Origin: Pacificimonas sp.
GTDB lineage: Bacteria; Pseudomonadota; Alphaproteobacteria; Sphingomonadales; Sphingomonadaceae
Direction of reading: 5' to 3'
NCBI GenBank assembly: GCA_049650205.1
Contig: JBARZR010000104.1
Span: forward strand, 33-64,032
DNA length: 64,000 bases
Shown: piece after piece, positions 57,447 through 64,000 of the stretch
Numbering within the stretch: position 1 is the first letter of the stretch
How the letters are laid out: every line of letters begins with the position of its first letter
Program-made: the position numbers and the translations under genes
Notes under the pieces: model-generated
What the model was told of the DNA's origin: nothing
What the model saw: the letters and a program-made list of their open reading frames with translations, nothing else
The model's database searches: none

Positions 57447-58325
57447 ATGTCCACGACTTTCACGCTCGATACCTCGACCTCCCGCGCACATCCGGTGCCG
57501 GAGCCTGTCCGCCGCCTGACGGTGCCCGCCATCATGGCGCGCAAGGTGGACGGCCAGACCACCGAGCCCATCGTCATGCTGACCGCATATACGGCACGGA
57601 TGGCGCAGCTGCTGGACACGCATTGCGACATGCTGCTGGTTGGGGATTCGCTGGGGCAGGTGATCTACGGGCTGGATTCCACTGTACCCGTCAGCATGGA
57701 CATGATGTGCGCGCATGGCGCGGCTGTACGGCGCGGCTCTTACCGCTCGGTCGTGGTCGTCGATATGCCCTTCGGCAGTTACGAAGCCGGGCCGGAGGAG
57801 GCCTTCGAGGCCGCCGCCCGCATCATGAAGGAAACCGGCTGCGCGGCGGTCAAGCTGGAGGGCGGCGAAGTGATGGCGGAGACCATCGCCTTCCTGTCCC
57901 GGCGCGGCATTCCCGTCTGCGCGCATGTCGGGCTGACGCCGCAGGCGGTCAATGCGCTTGGCGGTTACCGGGCGCGGGGCCGCGACGATGCGGAGCGCGA
58001 GAAGATCGTGGCGGACGCGCTTGCCGTGGCGGATGCGGGTGCATTCGCGCTGGTCATCGAGGGAGTGATGGAACCCATCGCGCGGGAGATCACGGAAAGC
58101 ATCGCCATCCCCACCATCGGCATCGGCGCGTCGCCCGCGTGCGACGGACAGGTCCTGGTCGCTGAGGATATGCTGGGCATGTTCGAGCGGGTACCGCGCT
58201 TCGTGAAAACATTCGATAATCTGGCCGACCGGATTTCGAAGGCGGCGGAAACCTATGCGAGTGGGGTGCGCGACCGCAGCTTTCCTGGCGACGACCAGCT
58301 TTACGGGACGAAGCCGAAGGATTGA
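57447..58325 (+). CDS. panB: 3-methyl-2-oxobutanoate hydroxymethyltransferase
   Basis: [14 protein letters not shown]...[13 protein letters not shown]...AVKLEGG. Confidence 0.96.
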   Translation: MSTTFTLDTSTSRAHPVPEPVRRLTVPAIMARKVDGQTTEPIVMLTAYTARMAQLLDTHCDMLLVGDSLGQVIYGLDSTVPVSMDMMCAHGAAVRRGSYRSVVVVDMPFGSYEAGPEEAFEAAARIMKETGCAAVKLEGGEVMAETIAFLSRRGIPVCAHVGLTPQAVNALGGYRARGRDDAEREKIVADALAVADAGAFALVIEGVMEPIAREITESIAIPTIGIGASPACDGQVLVAEDMLGMFERVPRFVKTFDNLADRISKAAETYASGVRDRSFPGDDQLYGTKPKD

Positions 58326-58382
58326 CATACGGGTGCCGCCGGGCATCGGCGACGTAGGTAGTGCAGACCTTTCGCATCCGCC

Positions 58383-58411
58383 AATCAGCCGCTATGGAAA
58401 GCGGCTGATTT
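58383..58411 (+). terminator. Hairpin downstream of panB (putative terminator)
   Basis: AATCAGCCGC-N8-GCGGCTGATT is a perfect 10-bp stem. The T tract that follows is short. Confidence 0.4.
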
Positions 58412-58434
58412 CCCGAAACGACGGAGCTTCCCCC

Positions 58435-59223
58435 TTGGCCAAGACGCCAACAATCCCTGACGCACCCGCAGCAAATCCGGAATCCGACGCTTTCGTGCGG
58501 GAGGTCGACGACGCCTATCGTCAGGACCGGCTGACTGGATTCTGGCAGCGTTATGGCACCATGCTGATCCTGGGAACGGCATTGTTCCTGATCGCGCTGG
58601 CGGCGTTTCTCTACTGGCAGCAGCAGCAGGGCGTTGAGGCGGGCAAACAGGCCGAGTCCTATGATGAGGCCGTGCGGGGACTGGACCTGGGCAGCGCCGA
58701 TGCGCGCGCCGAAATCGACCGCTTCGCCGGTTCCGGCGTCAAGGGCTACAGCACGCTGGGCAAGGTGGTGCAGGCGGATCTGATGGTCGACGATGGCGAT
58801 ATCGCAGGCGCCGAAGCGGCGTATCGGGCGGTTGCCGACGACCTGTCTGTCGAGCAGCCTGTGCGCGATCTGGCGCGGTTGAAGGCTGTGCGTCTTGCCT
58901 TCGACGACGCCGATCCCCGGGCCATCATCACCGAACTGAAGCCCGTCGCCACCGAGGGTAGCCCCTGGTTCGGCGTGGCGGGCGAAATGCTGGCGGCGGC
59001 GCATCTGAAGGCGGGCGAACCCGCCGAAGCGCGCGCGATATTCTCCGCAATGGCGGCGCGGGATGATTTGCCGGCGTCCCTACGCGGGCGGGCGAGCCAA
59101 ATGGCGGCATCGCTTGGCGGCGCGGCGGAGCCACTTCAGCTGGACGATGAAATCGGGCTGGACGAACCGACCGCGCCTGAAGCCGCGGAGGAAGATGCGC
59201 CACAAGAGGAGACCGGCGAATGA
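58435..59223 (+). CDS. YfgM-like membrane-anchored TPR-like protein
   Basis: Single TM segment YGTMLILGTALFLIALAAFLYW followed by a helical repeat region. It lies immediately upstream of bamB-der, as in the E. coli yfgM-bamB-der order. The TTG 58435 start (GGAG 7-8 nt upstream) is inferred. Confidence 0.6.
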   Translation: MAKTPTIPDAPAANPESDAFVREVDDAYRQDRLTGFWQRYGTMLILGTALFLIALAAFLYWQQQQGVEAGKQAESYDEAVRGLDLGSADARAEIDRFAGSGVKGYSTLGKVVQADLMVDDGDIAGAEAAYRAVADDLSVEQPVRDLARLKAVRLAFDDADPRAIITELKPVATEGSPWFGVAGEMLAAAHLKAGEPAEARAIFSAMAARDDLPASLRGRASQMAASLGGAAEPLQLDDEIGLDEPTAPEAAEEDAPQEETGE

Positions 59224-60539
59224 TCCGCCAGCTGATAATTACATCGACCGCATTGGCGCTGGGTGCCTGCGGTATTTTTGGTGGCGATGACGATGATGGC
59301 ACGCCCGTCGTCGGCAATCGGGTCGCCGTCCTGCCGTCCGAAACCGGTATTGAGGCGGACCCGGCCATCGCCACGCTTCCCGTTACCCTGCCTGCCGCCA
59401 CTCCCAATGCGGAGTGGACGCAGCCGGGCGGTAACGCCTCGAAATCGCTGGGGCATCTGTCGCTGGGGTCCAGTCCTGCGAGGGTCTGGACAGCGCAAAT
59501 CGGTGCGGGGTCCGACAAGGCCGCGCATTTGACGGCGACGCCCGTCATCGCAGAGGGGCGCGTTTACACGATGGACACGCATTCGGTGATCCGCGCTTTC
59601 GACGCGGCAAGTGGTGATGAGGTCTGGTCGCAGACCCTGAAACGTCCCGGCGAGAAGGAACGCTCCGCATTTGGTGGCGGTGTCAGTGTCTTTGGCGGGC
59701 GCGTCTTTGCGACATCAGGCTATGGCCTTGCCGCTGCTTATGACGCCGCATCCGGCAGCGCGATTTGGGAATATGACTCGCAGATTCCATTGCGCGGCGC
59801 GCCAACTGTGGCCGATGGGCGCGTGCTTGTGATGACGCAGGACAATCAGCTGTTCGCGCTCGACGCGGTTCAAGGTGAGCGCCAGTGGGAAGTCATCGGC
59901 ACGATCGAGCCCACGGGAATCCTGGGAGCGGCAGCACCATCCGTCGCGCAAGGCACGGTTGTCACCGGATTTTCTTCCGGTGAGCTGACGGCGGTGCGTA
60001 TCGAAAATGGCCGTACTGTCTGGCAGGACGCGCTGGCACGGACGGGGCGTTCGACCCAGTTGGCGGCGCTTAGTGACATCGATGCGCCTGCGGTCGTGAC
60101 GGATGGCCGGGTCTTCGCGATCGGTCATGGCGGTCGCATGGTCTCGCTGGAGCTGGCGACGGGGCAGCGGGTCTGGGAGCAGAGCCTGGCGGGTGTGTCC
60201 AGCCCGGTCATCGCGGGCGACTGGGCCTTTGCCGTGACGACGGAAGCCGAGGTCGTCGCCATGGTGGCGGGTGACGGGCGCATTCGCTGGATTTCGCAGC
60301 TGCCGCGCTATCGCAACGAGGATAAGAAAAAGGGGCCGATCTATTATCGCGGTCCGCTTCTGGCCGGTGACCGGCTATGGCTGACCAGCTCCGAAGGCCA
60401 GTTGATTGCGCTGTCGCCGACCGATGGCAGCATCCAGTTCCAGACCGAAGCGGCGGATGCTTTCTTTCTTCCCCCGGTTGTCGCGGGCGGCACCATGTAT
60501 CTGCTGGACGAGAGCGGGCGCCTGAGCGCCTACAGATAG
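59220..60539 (+). CDS. bamB: Outer membrane protein assembly factor BamB (PQQ-like beta-propeller lipoprotein)
   Basis: Lipobox ALALGAC. Repeated beta-propeller blades (GRVYTMD, GRVFATS, GRVLVMT, GRVFAIG). Lies upstream of der. Confidence 0.88.
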   Translation: MIRQLIITSTALALGACGIFGGDDDDGTPVVGNRVAVLPSETGIEADPAIATLPVTLPAATPNAEWTQPGGNASKSLGHLSLGSSPARVWTAQIGAGSDKAAHLTATPVIAEGRVYTMDTHSVIRAFDAASGDEVWSQTLKRPGEKERSAFGGGVSVFGGRVFATSGYGLAAAYDAASGSAIWEYDSQIPLRGAPTVADGRVLVMTQDNQLFALDAVQGERQWEVIGTIEPTGILGAAAPSVAQGTVVTGFSSGELTAVRIENGRTVWQDALARTGRSTQLAALSDIDAPAVVTDGRVFAIGHGGRMVSLELATGQRVWEQSLAGVSSPVIAGDWAFAVTTEAEVVAMVAGDGRIRWISQLPRYRNEDKKKGPIYYRGPLLAGDRLWLTSSEGQLIALSPTDGSIQFQTEAADAFFLPPVVAGGTMYLLDESGRLSAYR

Positions 60540-61886
60540 ATGGCGCGCCCGAAGGTCGTCATCATGGGCCGACCCAATGTCGGCAAGTCGACGCTGTTCA
60601 ACCGGCTGGTGGGGAAGCGCATCGCAATCGTCGACGACACGCCCGGCGTCACGCGCGACCGGCGCGAGGGTGCGGCGGAGCTGGGCGACCTGAAATTCAT
60701 CGCGGTCGACACGGCGGGACTGGAAGAGGCCGGGCCGGAAACGCTGTCGGGGCGGATGCGGGCGCAGACGGAAGTGGCGCTGGACGATGCCGTGGCCGCA
60801 TTGCTGGTCATCGACGCGCGTGCCGGTCTGACGCCGCTCGACCGGCATTTCGCCGACTGGCTGCGGACCAGCAAGGTGCCGCTGATCCTGGTCGCCAACA
60901 AGGCGGAGGCGAACGCCAACAACGCCAATCTGTACGAAGCCTATGAACTGGGTCTGGGCGATCCCATCGGCGTCAGCGCCGAACATGGCGAAGGCATGGG
61001 CGAGCTGTACGAAGCGCTGCGCCCGCATATCGATGGTGCGCAGATTTCGGATCTGATGGCGGACGATGACGACGAAGATGGCCCGTTGCGGCTGGCCATT
61101 GTCGGGCGTCCGAATGCCGGAAAATCCACGCTGATCAACAAGATGATGTCGGAGGACCGGCTGGTTACAGGACCGGAGGCGGGGATCACGCGGGATTCCA
61201 TCGAGATCGAATGGTCATGGGAAGGCCGCGAGGTACGCCTGATCGATACCGCGGGGGTGCGGAAACGCGCCAAGGTTCAGGAGAAGCTGGAGAAGCTGTC
61301 CGTCGCCGACACGCGCCGCGCGATCGATTTCGCCGAGGTCGTTGTGCTGCTGCTCGACTCCACGCTGGGGCTGGAGGCGCAGGATCTGAAGATCGCCGAC
61401 CAGGTGTTGCAGGAGGGCCGAGCGCTAATCATCGCGCTGTCGAAATGGGACAGTGCGGAGCATCAATCCAGCCTGTTCAACGGCGTGAAGGCGGCGCTGG
61501 CGGATGGGCTTAGCCAGATTTCGGGCGTACCGCTGCTGACCGTGTCCGGCCTTACGGGTAAGGGGATTGACACGCTGATCGAAGTGGCGTTCGAACAGCG
61601 GGACGCCTGGTCGCGACGCGTACCGACGGGCGCTCTCAATCGCTGGTTCGAGGACGCGAAGGAGCGTAACCCGCCGCCCGCGCCGAAGGGCAAGCGGATC
61701 AAGCTGCGCTATGTCACGCAGGCCAAGACACGGCCGCCGAGCTTCGTGGTGTTTGGATCGCGGCTGGACCTGCTGCCGGGAAGTTACGAGCGGTATCTGA
61801 TGAACTCCCTGCGTGAAGCGTTCGACCTGAACGGCGTGCCGTTGCGGATGATGATGCGGTCGAAAGCGAACCCTTACGCGGACTAG
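60540..61886 (+). CDS. der: Ribosome-associated GTPase Der (EngA)
   Basis: Two tandem G domains: GRPNVGKSTLFN...DTAG...NKAE and GRPNAGKSTLIN...DTAG...SKWD. Confidence 0.97.
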   Translation: MARPKVVIMGRPNVGKSTLFNRLVGKRIAIVDDTPGVTRDRREGAAELGDLKFIAVDTAGLEEAGPETLSGRMRAQTEVALDDAVAALLVIDARAGLTPLDRHFADWLRTSKVPLILVANKAEANANNANLYEAYELGLGDPIGVSAEHGEGMGELYEALRPHIDGAQISDLMADDDDEDGPLRLAIVGRPNAGKSTLINKMMSEDRLVTGPEAGITRDSIEIEWSWEGREVRLIDTAGVRKRAKVQEKLEKLSVADTRRAIDFAEVVVLLLDSTLGLEAQDLKIADQVLQEGRALIIALSKWDSAEHQSSLFNGVKAALADGLSQISGVPLLTVSGLTGKGIDTLIEVAFEQRDAWSRRVPTGALNRWFEDAKERNPPPAPKGKRIKLRYVTQAKTRPPSFVVFGSRLDLLPGSYERYLMNSLREAFDLNGVPLRMMMRSKANPYAD

Positions 61887-61891
61887 TTCCC

Positions 61892-61912
61892 TTCTCCTCC
61901 AGCGGAGGGGAA
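61892..61912. terminator. Hairpin between convergent der and the radical SAM gene
   Basis: TTCTCCTCC-agc-GGAGGGGAA gives a 9-bp stem including one G-T pair. No clear T tract. Confidence 0.35.
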
Positions 61913-61915
61913 AGG

Positions 61916-63061
61916 TCAGAGCAAACTCAATTGCGCACCGGGTTTTTCAAACCGGTCGGTTCTGAGGTCCAGCCGGTTGCCGAACAGCCCGAGCCGGTTT
62001 GCGGCTTTCTCAAATCTGGTTCTCAGCATGGCCGCATACGGCCCCTTCGGACGGAAACGGGTATGAAAATTGGGGTCGTTGTCCTTCCCGCCGCGCATGG
62101 TGGTGAGGTGGTCCATCACGCGCGACGCGCGGTGGGGGAAATGCGTCGCCAGCCATTCCCGGAAGATGGGCGACACCTCGTGCGGCAGGCGGACGACGAT
62201 GGAAAAGGCACCGATGGCGCCAGCCTCTTTCGCGGCCTCCAATATTGCCTCGATCTCATGGTCGTTGATCGCGGGGATGACGGGCGAGACGGAGACGTGG
62301 ACGGGAATGCCCGCGCCTGACAGTTGCCGGATCGCCGCGAGTCGCCGGGCGGGATAGGAGGCGCGGGGCTCCATCTTTCCGGCGAGTTTGGGGTCGAGCG
62401 TCGTCACCGACAGCATCACCGCCGCCAACTGCCGTTTCGCCATGCGGGTCAGGATATCGATATCGTCGCACACGCGGGCGGATTTCGTGGTGATCGTCAC
62501 GGGGTGATGGCAGGCGTCGAGGACGCCTAGGATGCCGCGCGTGATGCGGTAGCGCGCCTCTATCGGCTGATAGGGGTCGGTATTGGTGCCGAGCGCGATG
62601 GGGCGGCACTCATAAGACGGTTTTCCGAGTTCGCGGCGAAGGAGGTCGGGGATGCCGCGCTTGGCGGTCAGCTTCGTCTCGAAATCCTGTCCTGGCGACA
62701 GCCCCAGATAGGCGTGGGTCGGCCGGGCGAAACAGTAGACGCAGCCATGTTCGCAGCCGCGATAGGCGTTGATCGAACGATCAAACGGCACATCCGGCGA
62801 CTGGTTGCGCGTGATGGCGGTTTTCGGTGTTTCCAGAGTGACTTCGGTACGGGGAGCGGAGGCCGCGTCGACTGCCAGCTTCACACCGTCTTCACATCCA
62901 TATGCGTTACCGGGCGGCGCGAAGCCATTGCTATCCAGCCAGTCGCCATCCGCCTCCCGCACGATCCGGTCGAACCGCTGGCTGGGGTCGTTCGCGGGCG
63001 CGCCGCGGCCTTTCGTGACAGTGTGAGGTTTCGGAGTCGTGCTGGCCATCGACGAGAACAT
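61916..63061 (-). CDS. Radical SAM protein (PA0069-like family)
   Basis: CxxxCxxC cluster motif CEHGCVYCFARP. 381 aa. Confidence 0.86.
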   Translation of the reverse strand: MFSSMASTTPKPHTVTKGRGAPANDPSQRFDRIVREADGDWLDSNGFAPPGNAYGCEDGVKLAVDAASAPRTEVTLETPKTAITRNQSPDVPFDRSINAYRGCEHGCVYCFARPTHAYLGLSPGQDFETKLTAKRGIPDLLRRELGKPSYECRPIALGTNTDPYQPIEARYRITRGILGVLDACHHPVTITTKSARVCDDIDILTRMAKRQLAAVMLSVTTLDPKLAGKMEPRASYPARRLAAIRQLSGAGIPVHVSVSPVIPAINDHEIEAILEAAKEAGAIGAFSIVVRLPHEVSPIFREWLATHFPHRASRVMDHLTTMRGGKDNDPNFHTRFRPKGPYAAMLRTRFEKAANRLGLFGNRLDLRTDRFEKPGAQLSLL

Positions 63062-63094
63062 AACACGAACATGTGCAGGTAGGAAAGTGGTCTG

Positions 63095-63373
63095 CTATTT
63101 GCCGCGGCGGGTCGGCGCGTGGAAGTCCGGCGGCTTGTCCGCGATCCAGTTCAAAAACCTGGCGATGTCCGGATGAGCGGCGAGCGTTTCCGGCTCGTGG
63201 TAGTTTCGCTGCAGTTCCGCATTGCCGAGGGTCGCGTGGATGATGCGGTGGCAGATCGGATGGACCGGAACAGTCTCGCGGCCCTTGCGGCTTTTCGGGA
63301 CGGGGTGGTGGCGCTCGACCTTTCGGCCCAGCAGGCGGGCGCAGAGCCAGCAGGCATCGGAAGGCTCGCTCAC
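63095..63373 (-). CDS. Small HNH endonuclease-family protein
   Basis: CWLC...ERHHPVPKSRKG...VHPICHRIIH (HNH/zinc-finger pattern). The GTG 63373 start overlaps the stop of the upstream membrane-protein gene (GTGA). The ORF-track N-terminal extension was rejected. Confidence 0.68.
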   Translation of the reverse strand: MSEPSDACWLCARLLGRKVERHHPVPKSRKGRETVPVHPICHRIIHATLGNAELQRNYHEPETLAAHPDIARFLNWIADKPPDFHAPTRRGK

Positions 63374-63765
63374 CTGCGGTGAAGAAGGCGCGGTGCCGTA
63401 AGCACCACGAAAGCGAGAAAGGCTGCCTGCAACAAAAGCGGAACGTTCTGAAAGAATGAAATTTTCCAGATTACGAGTCCCGCATAGCTGTTGAATGCGA
63501 CATCTGTCACCATGGTCGCCAGCGTAAGAAAGACCCCGGCACGTAGTCTTATGCAGAGTAGCAGAATGGCGAGCGGATCGAGCAGTGTCAGCGTGGTCCA
63601 GTATATGTTGAGCCACATGGGCGCATTGCGATAGGGTAGTATGCCGTTCGTGACAATATCATTGATATGGGTTGAAGTGCCGACGGCAAGCGCGATGATG
63701 TAGATAACGATGACAAGCCTGCGGCCAGTCCTGTCCATTCGCTGCGACTTGACGGGAACAGCCAA
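63370..63765 (-). CDS. Small integral membrane protein, low GC (unassigned)
   Basis: About 4 TM helices (LVIVIYIIALAVG, WLNIYWTTLTLLDPLAILLL, VFLTLATMVTDVAF, LLLQAAFLAFVVL). About 51% G+C over 63421-63720 by hand count. ATG 63738 is an alternative start. Confidence 0.55.
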   Translation of the reverse strand: MAVPVKSQRMDRTGRRLVIVIYIIALAVGTSTHINDIVTNGILPYRNAPMWLNIYWTTLTLLDPLAILLLCIRLRAGVFLTLATMVTDVAFNSYAGLVIWKISFFQNVPLLLQAAFLAFVVLTAPRLLHRR

Positions 63766-63768
63766 GTC

Positions 63769-64000
63769 CTATCGCTCCCGTAACCTCGGCATCAGGTCAA
63801 CGAAATTGCACGGCTTGTGGCGTTTATCCAGCTGGTCTTTCAGGATGCCGTCCCAGCCGTCCTTTGCCGCGCCCGTAGAACCCGGCAGCGCGAAGAGGTA
63901 GGTGCCCCTAGCGACGCCGGCGCAGGCGCGGGACTGGACGGTGCTGGTGCCGATGGACTGGTAGCTGAGCATGCGGAAGAGTTCGCCGAAGCCGGGGATG
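63769..64000 (-). CDS. Molybdenum cofactor biosynthesis protein MoaB/Mog family, C-terminal part (5' end outside the window)
   Basis: [20 protein letters not shown]...PCNF is typical of the MoaB/MogA C-terminus. The frame is open to the window edge. Confidence 0.72.
   Translation of the reverse strand, partial: IPGFGELFRMLSYQSIGTSTVQSRACAGVARGTYLFALPGSTGAAKDGWDGILKDQLDKRHKPCNFVDLMPRLRER

Overview
High-GC alphaproteobacterial chromosome segment. Gene content and order suggest Sphingomonadales, but that is inference only. The window is mostly core genes: the end of the dcw cluster (ftsQ partial, ftsA, ftsZ), sppA, CIRCE-controlled groES-groEL, a translationally coupled sahR-like/metF/split-metH operon, argJ and secA. 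It also holds the complete str-S10-spc-alpha ribosomal super-cluster (rpsL to rplQ, about 27.6-46.9 kb, including fusA, tuf, secY, adk, rpoA), then guaA, purT, panB and yfgM-like/bamB/der. Accessory content is sparse: a vanadium-haloperoxidase-like protein, a MATE exporter, an acidic Met-rich lipoprotein, a PAS-GGDEF protein, a single-domain PilZ protein, a Phd/VapC toxin-antitoxin pair between two endonuclease-III-like genes, two small low-GC membrane proteins, and a small HNH protein. I found no rRNA, tRNA, CRISPR array, IS element or integrase. I do not see a convincing multi-gene novel system. The most unusual signal is a 324-bp low-GC insertion between rpmD and rplO inside the spc operon. 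Its coding potential is split over two frames that meet at a G6 homopolymer. The many long antisense ORFs in the track are typical high-GC shadow frames. All family assignments come from motif recognition by eye; no searches were run.
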